NCBI GenBank assembly: GCA_030141605.1
Contig: JAQGDQ010000522.1
Span: 62,001 to 126,000 of the forward strand
Length of the DNA stretch: 64,000 nt
Source of the DNA: Tubiluchus corallicola
Taxonomy: Eukaryota; Animalia; Priapulida
Direction: 5' to 3'
Below, piece after piece: positions 49,662 through 60,589 of this stretch. The position numbers were made by a program, and so were the translations under genes. The notes beneath the pieces are model-generated. The model did no database searches and had not been told where the DNA came from. It was given only the letters and a program-made list of their open reading frames with translations. The stretch's first letter is position 1, and each line of letters begins with the position of its first letter.

Positions 49662-50360
49662 TTTCTACTCCTAACGTTGCGCTTGTGAAGGCTTCGCCGG
49701 AAGCGTTTGAAGCCTTGCACGTGTACACTCCGGAATCTTCCAAGCAAGTATCGTGTATCTGCAATCTCACGATGCCATTGTTCGTCAACTCCGGCACAAA
49801 CCGAGGACCCGCTACTACGGGTTTACCGTTGACGAACCAGTCAATCCGCAGGGTACTGTCGCCCGCCGGTTCCACACGGCACTCAAACACTGCCGTCTGC
49901 CTCTCCGGTAATCTGGGTATGTTATTAAGCTGAGTCAGGAAGAGCGGTCGCTTCGGGGGAGGCGGTGCGTATCTCTCCGGTTCTGGAGCCTTCGGTATGT
50001 ACATCTCGCGCTCGACCGGTTTCAAATAAATCGTCTCCCTCTGGTCCTCGCCTTCGGGTCTACGGTCAAACTTGACCGGTTTCAAATAAATGGTTTCCGG
50101 CCTGATGTCCTGCGAGGGACGCTTCCGCCAGAACGGGTAGATATTCTTCTCTTCCCAGTCCCTCTCCTCTGTCGTTACTTCACGCTGCTGCTCTCTCTGA
50201 ACGGACTTCAACCAGATGTCCTCGTGTTCCGAGGGCCGGTCATACCTCGCATGTTGCACCGGCTTCAGGTAAATTGTTTCACCTTCGCGGGATGGCTGCC
50301 GTGGCCGTATCTTGCCAGTTGGCAGGCTTATCTCGCGGTATTCTATCCTCTTTGGCTCAA
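49662..50360 (-). CDS. sls: E8: repeat-containing insert (ETIYLKPV x3, EDIWLKSV x1) plus one Ig
   Basis: tcacag|TT, A|gtaagt; 699 nt, phase 1-1. Confidence 0.9.
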
Positions 50361-50389
50361 CTGTGAACAAAAAATAAGCATAACTTAGA

Positions 50390-51620
50390 AACAGCATAAA
50401 AAAGAAGCCATCAAACAGCAGAACAAAACAGAAGCCAGCAAATACCAACATAAAAAAAACGGAAAACAGCAGCATCAAAAAGAAGCCAGCAGTCATCAAC
50501 ATTAGAAAAAGAAGCCAGCAAACAGCAGCACAAAAAAGAAACCAACAATCAGCAGCGCAAAAAAGCCAGCAAACAGCAGCATCAAAAAGAAGCCAGCAAT
50601 CAGCAGCACAAAAAAGAAGCCAGCAATCAGCAGCACAAAAAGGAAGCCAGCACTCAGCAGTACAAAAAAGAAGCCAGCAAACAGCAGCACAAAAAAGAAG
50701 CCAGCAAACAGCAGCACAAAAAAGAAGCCAGCAATCAGCAGCACAAAAAAGAAGCCAGCAATCAGCAGCACAAAAAGAGGCCAGCATAGAGCAGCACAAA
50801 TAAGAAACCAGCAAACAGCAGCACAAAAAAGAAGCCAGCACTCAGCAGCACAAAAAAAGAAGCCAGCACTCAGCAGCACAAAAAAGAAGCCAGCAATCAG
50901 CAGCACAAAAAAGAAGCCAGCAATCAGCAGCACAAAAAAAAGAAGCCAGCACTCAGCAGCACAAAAAGGAAGCCAGCAATCAGCAGCACAAAAAAAGAAG
51001 CCAGCACTCAGCAGCACAAAAAGGAAGCCAGCAATCAGCAGCACAAAAAAGAAGCCAGCAAACAGCAGCACAAAAAAGCCAGCAATCAGCAGCACAAAAA
51101 GGAAGCCAGCAAACAGCAGCACAAAAAAGAAGCCAGCAAACAGCAGCACAAAAAGAGGCCAGCATAGAGCAGCACAAATAAGAAACCAGCAAACAGCAGC
51201 ACAAAAAAGAAGCCAGCACTCAGCAGCACAAAAAAAGAAGCCAGCACTCAGCAGCACAAAAAAGAAGCCAGCAATCAGCAGCACAAAAAAAGAAGCCAGC
51301 ACTCAGCAGCACAAAAAAGAAGCCAGCACTCAGCAGCACAAAAAAAAGAAGCCAGCACTCAGCAGCACAAAAACGAAGCCAGCAATCAGCAGCACAAAAA
51401 AGAAGCCAGCAAACAGCAGCACAAAAAAGCCAGCAATCAGCAGCACAAAAAGGAAGCCAGCAAACAGCAGCACAAAAAAGAAGCCAGCAATCAGCAGCAC
51501 AAAAAAGAAGCCAGCAAACGTCAGCACAAAAAAGAAGCCAGCAAACATCAGCACAAAAAAGAAGCCAACAAACAGCAGCACAAAAAGGAGGCCAGCAAAG
51601 AGCAGCATCAAAAAGAAGTA
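50390..51620. repeat. Minisatellite, ~27-bp unit, ~45 copies
   Basis: agcacaaaaaagaagccagcaatcagc and variants. Confidence 0.97.
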
Positions 51621-51849
51621 AGTAAACAACTGCAGTGTCTCATAAAGGAAAAGATAAAAAAATTCTCAGCAATAAGATGCCTACCGGAAACTTCATAAAT
51701 TTCAAAAACTTCGGTTCTCTCTCTCAAGAAAGAATGTAAAATTTAATGCATTAAATGATAAAATTAATAAATGACAACAACTATATCAAAAAAAGAGCAA
51801 ACTAAAATACGTAAATCATAAATTCTGAAGCCACCAGAGGGCACCGTAC

Positions 51850-51980
51850 CGTGTACATCGACTTTCGCTCGAGTCGTTACGCTTCCGGCTAGATTGACGG
51901 CCGTGCATTCGTACCACGCTGCATCATCTCGACCACATCTGTCGATGTGCAGCGTAGAAGATCCATTGTCAGACTCAATC
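51850..51980 (-). CDS. sls: E7: Ig C-half (STLHIDRCGRDDAAWYECTAVNLAGS)
   Basis: tttgtag|G, G|gtacgg; 131 nt, phase 2-1. Confidence 0.9.
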
Positions 51981-52006
51981 CTACAAAAAAAAACACACTG
52001 AGATAT

Positions 52007-52628
52007 AACAAAAACACTGTATGTTTGTTTCACACTGTAAAAAAAAACAGTACAAAAACACTGTATGTTTGTTTCACACTTTGTAAAAAACAGTACAAAA
52101 ACACTGTATGCTTGTTTCACACTGTAAAAAACAGTACAAAAACATCGTATGTTTGTTTCACACTGTAAAAAAACCGTACAAAAACACTGTATGTTTGTTT
52201 CACACTGTAAAAAAAAGTACAAAAACACTGTATGTTTGTTTCACACTGTAAAAAACAGTACAAAAACACCATATGTTTGTTTCACACTGTAAAAAACCGA
52301 ACAAAAACACCGTATGTTTGTTTCACACTGTAAAAAACAGTACAAAAACACTGTATGTTTGTTTCGCACTGTAAAAAACAGAACAAAAACACTGTCTGTT
52401 TGTTTCACACTGTAAAAAACAGTACAAAAACACCATATGTTTGTTTCACACTGTAAAAAACAGAACAAAAACACCGTATGTTTGTTTCACACTGTAAACA
52501 AACAGTACAAAAACACTGTATGTTTGTTTCACACTGTAAAAAACAGTACAAAAACACTGTATGTTTGTTTCACACTGTAAAAAACAGTACAAAAACACTG
52601 TATGTTTGTTTCACACTTTGTAAAAAAA
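52007..52628. repeat. Minisatellite, ~41-bp unit, ~15 copies
   Basis: aaaaacactgtatgtttgtttcacactgtaaaaaacagtac. Confidence 0.96.
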
Positions 52629-53081
52629 CAACCAAGTTTTATAAGTGACATGAACTGAAAAATCCCTAATTGTTTTTTAATTTTTTATTCATTTATTTAA
52701 TTTTTTATTCATAAAACATGTAATTTAGTTTAATTTATTCGATAAAAATTGCGGCAAAAGTCGGATTAGTACAACAATTAAAACAAGACTGGCAAAAAAT
52801 TCTCTAAATACTGTTAACACATAATATCTGAATTTTTTTTAAAATATACATAAATTAATTAAATCATTAAATCAAAATTACGAACATGCAATTTGAAGTA
52901 TACTAAACAGAATACGAGCAAAGTTCTGAACAAAATTTGTGTAAACTGCAGCGATTAGCCAAGTAATAAGGAAACTTCATTGATAGTTGAATAAGAGGGA
53001 GGGAATAAAACTTTTTCGTATTCTTTGTTCGTACTGGCTCAACAAACATGAACTAAACTCCCGACGTAACAAATTTCTTAC

Positions 53082-53244
53082 CCTATTCTGTTGCTAGGAG
53101 TCACGATGACACCATCCCTGAGCCAAGTTAATGTGGGGGTGGGGGCACCAACTGCACGACAATGAAGGGTGATCGGTTCACCCTCGTTTGCCACAGTCGG
53201 CCCATACCGCTCCACAAACTTGGGCGGCATGACCCTCTCACGAG
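53082..53244 (-). CDS. sls: E6: Ig N-half (PPKFVERYGPTVANEGEPITLHCRAVGAPTPTLTW)
   Basis: ttgcag|CT, GG|gtaaga; 163 nt, phase 1-2; not in ORF track, translated manually. Confidence 0.9.
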
Positions 53245-53938
53245 CTGCAAAATTAAAATGTCACTTAGTATGTCAGTCAGTGTGTCAGTGGGTATTCTGA
53301 CCATCTAAACAATTTCAAAATGCTACAAGATATAATTTAACTTCAATTAAATGAGGAACTTATCAATAGTAATTGAAATCGCAGCCTCGTTTTCGCGTAA
53401 AAAAATAAGTGCACTCGTATCTCGGTTTGCCGAACATCACTTTTACGGATATTAGAGGAATCGGACAAAATCTGGACCACTAAAAGTCCCCCATACTACC
53501 GACACGGTCAGTTGTTTCATGCGCTGACCGCTAGTTCGTGCACCGTCACTTTGTTTACACCATTACATCAGTGCAATAAAGCAGCATGCAATGACAAGTG
53601 TGCCCCCCATACAAGGCATTTTTGAGAATTAAGCAATTGATTCTACATTATCATGAGTCTAATACAAGGCTTCTGCTGCATTAGCTTAGTATCGGTAGAT
53701 ACGGACAATCGGCAAATTCGGACCGACGTCTCACCGCTATTGTCTGACAAACCAAGATATGAGTGCATCTTCGTTTCATTCCCACCAAAAATATGGCCAA
53801 ATGTACATCTGATCACTAAGCAAAGCAATTAAACAGTTTAAATCGTTACTTAATCATTTAATTATAAATACAAATAATTTATTTTACTAACAAGCCAAAA
53901 AGAGATACTGTTCAATTGGTACAGCCAATGATTTACTG

Positions 53939-54414
53939 CAGGGGTGTGCAAAGTATCTGACTAGCCGGGCCACATTAAACTTTCCCACAATTCCTGCAGG
54001 CCATAGGCAGTTTGATCAAGCAGCCAAGTACAGTAGGACCTAATAACGATTTTTTTTGCATCCGACCTGAGTACATCATTACTACACTCAAGAAACTATT
54101 TTAGAAGTTATTAAAATTTATATTACAAACCATATATATTTCTACTTTCAGGACAGATAGTGGTAATTTCATTACAATGCATATTAGTAATGTGTATCAC
54201 ACAGTCTGTGTAGTGCAGTGACATTAAGCTACAACCGTCTTGTAAGGGTTAATGGCATCCGATCTAGTAAGAAAAAAACTACCCGCACTATCTTTGGGAT
54301 GGTGGCACGGACTTCAGCTGGATACACTCAATTAATCGCCCGGGCCGCACTTTCATTAGGTTGACAAATCTCTTTGCGGCAAGTGGCCCGCGGGCTGCAA
54401 TTTGCACACCCCTG
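53939..54414. mobile_element. hAT MITE, inverted copy of the 9511 element
   Basis: TIR caggggtgtgcaaa / tttgcacacccctg; TSD atttactg/atttacta (7/8). Confidence 0.92.
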
Positions 54415-55326
54415 ATTTACTAAGATGAACAAAACACATACCAAACATCATTAGGTCAGCAGAGACCCAACTAAGAAGTTTTTTTCCTGTGTAACTATCT
54501 CTTATTCTTTACTAATGGATACATATCAATACTTAAAGGCAATTTTAAAGCATATCTCTCAAAACATTCCATACAAAGTTATGTTACTTAGCATTACGCT
54601 TATCTGTCTGAAAGATTTATGTAATTGGAAAAGAAAATTCTTAATAATTTAAAATATTCACACCAACTGTTCAAACGACGTTGCATCGCCATCCCAGTGT
54701 GCACCACTGATTCACCAAATAAACACATTATTGATGTCATTGACAACATAAAGAGTTTAAACTTTTCTTTAGTTAGTGGAGTATGCGCTATGAAAGCTCT
54801 AATTATTTTTTGCAATGTCATTTAAACTTGTTTCAAACGACTTACCATCAAAATGGCTGCACCTGACGCTCATCGCCGAGTTTAAATTTACAAATTTTTA
54901 CACAGAGTTACTAATACATAAGCTTTGTGTGCTATAAAACAGCAGATAGTGTTATAAAATTTCAAGACAAATTATCTAGCCACCTTTACGAAGTGTCTTC
55001 GAAGTGTCTTCTTGTGATATGATATGTCTCATAAATATGTCTCATAAATATATATCTCATAGATATGTCTCCCCACCTCCATTTTAAATTATATGTATAT
55101 ATTGTATATAGTCTATTATAATTTCTGTATAATATTATAATGTATATTTTTGTTTAAATTTTTGGCACAGTAGTTGTTAGTTTGCACTGGATGCATTTGC
55201 CTTTAACAGTTATGTGAATTTTATTCTCATGCTGCGATGTTCTTTTATGCTTTTATAGTTGTGAATATCGATTTTTTATGGCAAATAAAGATTATTATAT
55301 ATATAACAACTATATAAATGACTTAC

Positions 55327-56143
55327 GTATAACTTTAAGTTGAACAGCAAACGACGTTTCTCCCATGCAGTTTCTCGCCACGCAAATGTAAGAACCCTCA
55401 TCTCTCACATCGGCCGAGTAGATCATCAATGAATGAACTCCACCCTCGTTCACGGTCATCTTGTGATTTGCGTCGTCGGTCACCAGCTGACCGTTGTGAT
55501 ACCAGTCCACTTCCGGGTACGGACGTCCGGTTACGCGGCAGTCAAACCGGATCAGCTGACCCTCCCGACATTCCACGTCGCGCGGAATCTTCAGAAATCC
55601 GGGTCCCAACATCTTCTCTCCGGTGGTTACGTCATACTGCTTCGACGGACGTCTAGGCGTGAAAGATGGACGTCGTCCAAAACCGGCAACCGGCGTGACA
55701 TTTATGTTAGCCTGCGCGGTGGCCCGTCCTGCCATGTTCTCCACAAATACTGTGTAGTCGCCGGAATCCTCGGGTAACGCCACCCTAATGTGTAACGTGT
55801 GAACGTTGTCCTTCTCTCTTATTATGTGCCTCTGAGACGGATAAATTCTCCTCCCGTCCTTGAACCACGTGACCTTTGGAGGCGGAGTGCCGGAGACGGT
55901 GACCTGCAGAATTATCCCCTCCCCCTGGTGGGCGTGGACGTTCTGCAGACCCTGCATGAGCTGCGGCGCCTCCGGCTTGTGCAAGGAGATGTCGTAACGT
56001 TGAGCATACGGCGTGTGCACCGGTTCCGGGGCGGACTCGTATCCGCTAGCGGACTCGTAGCCGGACATGCTCGAATGCCGCTTCTTCTCCCGGTAGTTGA
56101 CTTCGTACATGAGTCGAGATTCGCTCTTTGACGAGCGGTACTC
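55327..56143 (-). CDS. sls: E5: linker plus two Ig domains
   Basis: atacag|GAG, C|gtaagt; 817 nt, phase 0-1; ORF 55310..56110. Confidence 0.92.
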
Positions 56144-56216
56144 CTGTATACAATGATAGACAGAGTCAGCAACATACGAAACAACTTCTGCAGTAGAAAC
56201 ACCTGAATGTTAAGCC

Positions 56217-57850
56217 AAGGTTTAGATAGGAAGAAAATTGAATTTATTGACTAGCAGGGATAAAGCATATTAATACTACAACTAGCAAAGGCCCCGCAAA
56301 AGATTTTGCGTATAAATACACGTGTAATCAATAATACGCGAACATCCTACATAGTCCTCAAAAATACGCGAACATCCTACCTACTCACCTAACGCAAAGG
56401 CTGTAGCAGCTTTTTGCTGAATTAAAGTTATAAGGTTATAGACAGAGTACAATGGATGACGTCAGAACAATGGCTTTGCGTCAGCAGTTTTCTAAGCGAA
56501 AATTGCGAAAAATACAACATCGAATTAACTCGTCAATACTCCTCTCAGTGGACGTGTCCCAACATATAGCCCACATCATCGTGTAGCCCCGTTCTTCCTC
56601 TTTCCGATGAGCCCTATATCTCCTTTCAAGAGTCCCACCAGGCGCCGCTAGAACGTTTTTTCTGCAGGCTGTTTGGCCAAAATTTCGAAAAAATCGCGAG
56701 TTAGGTCCGGGAAAACGCCCGTTGCGGGGCGCCCTGGCCCTCTTGGGAATTCTAAATATGCCTACTACACCCACCGCTAAACGGGCTATCTATCCATACC
56801 CAGCACCACCCTCGGCCCAAGGTATAGATAGGAATAAAATTGAATTAATTGACTAGCAGAGATAAAGCATATTAATACTACAATAGCAAAAGCTCCGCAA
56901 AAATGTTTGCATATGAATCAACTTATAATCAACAATGCGTGAACAATCTACCTAGTGTTCGTTTATTTACCTAAAGCAGGGGTGTCCAACCTCTTTGAAC
57001 TGAGGGCCAAGTGTACAACCTTCAAAGTACACGGTAGTCACGGGCCGGATTAGCAATTTCACAACCACAAAAAGACAATGAAGCACAAAATACATTTTAT
57101 GTTACATTTAAGCTAGAAGAGACAGTCTTGTAAGTTTATGCTTTTGATCAGTTTAATGTGAAATCTGGCACTGCTTTTGTTTCCACAAGTAGTCTATGTC
57201 TGCTCCAACAGTTACAAGTGCAGCTGTCTATTAAATTTTGACAAAATAAGAGAAACTTCGAGGGCCGGATAGAAACGCATGGCGGGCCGGATTCTGGCCC
57301 GCGGGCCGTATGTTGGACACTCCTGATCTATAGCAAAGGTAGCAGCAGATTTTACTGAATTAATGTTACAAAGTTCTAGACAGAGTATAATGGATGACGT
57401 CAGAGCAATAGCTTTGTATCACGCCAGCAGTCTTTCAAGCAAAAAATGTCGGAAATGGAACTTTGAATCAACTTGTCGCAGCTCCTCGGGGTGAAGGCGT
57501 CCTAAAATACAGCCCACGCCATCATGTAACCCTGTTCCTCCTGTTTCTGAAGAGCTGTACAACTCCGTTTGAGAGTCCCACCAAGCGCCACTAGAATGTT
57601 TTTTCCGCATGCTGTTTGGTCAAAAATTTTGCAAAAATTAAAGAGTTGGGTCAGGGAAAACATCCGGGATGCTGTGGCCCTCTCACGAATTCTAAATACA
57701 CCTACTACACCCACCGCTGAATGGGTCATCTATCCATAGCCAACACTGCCCACGGCCCATTCCAATTCTCCAGAAATAAAGGGAATAAATTTTGCAAAAA
57801 ACGGCCGAGAAAAGGTCATTCATCCAGGTGGGTGCAATTCAAAAAATAAA
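56217..57850 (-). mobile_element. Two tandem Helitron-like copies, each preceded by the same ~65-bp flank
   Basis: aaggt(t/a)tagataggaa...gataaagcatattaatactacaa at ~56217 and ~56819, each followed by the 30660-family repeat. Confidence 0.65.
56977..57325. mobile_element. hAT (Charlie-like) MITE, 349 bp, nested in the second Helitron-like copy
   Basis: TIR caggggtgtccaac / gttggacactcctg; TSD acctaaag/atctatag (6/8); gcgggccg repeats. Confidence 0.85.
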
Positions 57851-58599
57851 CCATCAACGAGACCACACATTCATAAATATTAATGTAAAATATTTTTCGC
57901 GGTATTTTTTCTGTTTCGCGGGTTTTTGCAGACTCCGTCTAAAGTATTTTGTGGCCGGTAATGAAGAGTCTATGTGGTCACACAGATTAAAACACAGGCT
58001 TACAATGAACGAAATGATTACAACAAAATCATGTCAAATAGTTAAAAATATAAAAAGTTTGACAAATATAAAACTCAATTAAAATGAGGAACTAAATTTA
58101 AAAGGCTTATTTCTAGATAAGTTTAAGATTAAATAATATGAACAGAATGCTAAATTTTGAATGAATGTTGATTTAGATAAAAACTAATTCAAGTATCATA
58201 TAATTTCATTATTTTCGCTACTGCATTTGTGCTAACAATTACATTGTTAGAACAAAAAATATCGCATAAGGAATTAAAGTTAATATTGATATATTAAAGG
58301 TATTTTTACCAAAAGGACACCTGAAGAATGCCTTTGTTAGAATTTAGAAGAAGTAAACTTAGTAAGAATAAACTACGTTTTCTGCAATTGATAAGAAATT
58401 ATAATGTTGAGATCTTTAAGTTAAAAATTTATTGAAAAATTGAAGGCAGTAAGTCAGTTTGTAGAAAAAAACTGACATCATTTTCACAGGAATCTTCATA
58501 ATTAATTTTAATTCCAAATTGATGTAATTTCTTTTTGCCAAGAAGCCATTAATCACCACCTGGTTACTGCAAATAACAAATACTGATAATTTTGCTCAC

Positions 58600-58760
58600 G
58601 CTGTCAGAAAAGTAGTACTGTGATGCGTCACGCTTGAATCCGGGCGGAAGGCTGCTAGTACGCGGAGACTTGGCAGACGGAATAGTTTCAATCTCCAACG
58701 AGCTCCTCTTGCCCATGCGACTAGTATGACCCTCCCTTCTCAACCATTCAAGATACTTGG
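58600..58760 (-). CDS. sls: E4: Ser/basic linker (KYLEWLRREGHTSRMGKRSSLEI...)
   Basis: ttgcag|CC, AGC|gtgagc; 161 nt, phase 1-0, needed to bridge the E3 and E5 phases. Confidence 0.8.
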
Positions 58761-58969
58761 CTGCAAAGTAAAGCAACTGTACGTACAAAGACGAAGGAAC
58801 CGTGAATCAAGAGAGAATGAACGGACAAGCAAACAAACACGCAAAGGAAAAATAAACAAAAACAAACTAAACAACGAAGAATAAGACAAAGTTTGATATT
58901 TGACACTTGAGATAAGAATGAAACAGAAGAACAAGAAGAAAATGAATGATTAGAAAGAGGAAAACGTAC

Positions 58970-59112
58970 GTTCTCCGAGGAGGTATCCCGTCGTGGATGC
59001 CTCTCCAGCAGGATTCACACCTGTACAGGTGTATTCACCTTCGTCGTCAAGTCTCACTTTGCTAATCATCAGTGTGCTGATTCCAGTTTTGTCATCGGTG
59101 TCAAGTTTATAC
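58970..59112 (-). CDS. sls: E3: Ig C-half (STLMISKVRLDDEGEYTC)
   Basis: tgcag|G, C|gtacgt; 143 nt, phase 2-1. Confidence 0.9.
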
Positions 59113-60409
59113 CTGCAATTAAAATTTACCTGCGTAAGGGCATCCACTTTGTAACACCTAACAACCATTTAGATGAGCAGTTTTTTTCATCAAATTAGTA
59201 TGTCAGTTTTAGAGATTATTCAGGAAAACAATTTCCTTGTGAAGAATTTCACAGATAAGAAGTCCGAAGAAAAAACCATGTAAGTGATACATACTGTATC
59301 ATTGTAACTAAAGACTGTGAAAGCCGCATAACTGACAAACTGTTTGTGTTACAAACTAAGTTTGATGGTATCAAAGCGTTTTGAATTCGGCAAACAAAAA
59401 CTGACAAACTTAGACTTAACAGCCAATAGCGTCGCGCTCTTGTTACATCATACCGATTGTTCGTTTCGCGAGCGGGGGCGGGGGAGGGGGGTGCTTTCGC
59501 CATTATTAATCAAGCAAGTGGTATAAATATACAACGATTAGCACTACTACATGTAAACTGATTTTGGAACCTACATGGTAGAAACAGTAATAGTACAAAA
59601 GAGATCTTGATTTTGCTCACAATGAAAAAGAAAAATCTGACTTTGCTGTTCTGCTTTCTACGAATAAACTAAACAATTTGCGACAGTACTGTAGGGGCGT
59701 TGTTTGAACACCATTAGAGAAGCTTCATAAAAATGCGACCTCAATCACATCGGCTGCGGAGAGAAACGAGTAGAGACAGCCAAGAGAAAATAGTTTATGT
59801 CCTTGTGGGGATATTCAAGCTGATAAACACGTTATGCAAACATATGACAGACAGTAAAGATACTGTGGAACTGCAGCACCCACTATTTTCACTCAATATC
59901 ATCGATAATATTCAATATAATGTCTTTTTTCTTTAGTTCTTTCTTTAAACTGGTACGGTCCAGAGCACGTGAGGGTGGTACTGTAAGCTTCACAGCCAAG
60001 TACAGTAGTGTGTTTGGATGTTGTGCACAAGATAACATGCTATAAGCTGCACTGCTAGCATCTGCTGCTGGGTAGAGAAAGTACTGTCGCTCACACAGTC
60101 TGTATTACAAAATTAGAATTACATATGTTTGTTTCGTTTTACACAATATTAAAACAATGGCTAAAAATTTTCTGAAGCAGCACCAGCACCTCCACTAATT
60201 ATAACTAACAGCTGCCAATGATAATAAACTTACATTTACCGTCGCCGCTACCAAAGCTGCGTGAAACAAAATATTCTCAATTAGCCGTAAAAGATGCAAA
60301 ATTTCCAAACTTAGAAACAAAAAAAAAACTTGATTTACTGAATGAACTGAAAACAAAGTCAACTAAGTCAGTGAAACTATTCCTGGTCTTGAACCGGGAA
60401 AACACGTAC

Positions 60410-60583
60410 TTGTATCCGGTCATGATCGGAACGCCTCTTCTACTCCAAATGATTTCCGGGAAAGGTTGTCCGCGTATGATACACTCAAAGAAAGCATTGC
60501 CTCCCTCCACCAGCTTAATGGTGCCCAACTGTTTAATGAAGCTAGGGGGCACCATCATCAGCGGACTAAACTTTGAAACTAAC
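60410..60583 (-). CDS. sls: E2: Ig N-half (PPSFIKQLGTIKLVEGGNAFFECIIRGQPFPEIIW)
   Basis: ttacag|G, AA|gtacgt; 174 nt, phase 2-2. Confidence 0.9.
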
Positions 60584-60589
60584 CTGTAA

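Noticed and set aside
50361-51629. Hydrophobic or Cys-rich N-terminal extension of the 395-aa ORF (apparent transmembrane protein)
   Set aside because: 27-bp stop-poor satellite with frequent frameshifting indels; the real exon starts at the acceptor at 50360.
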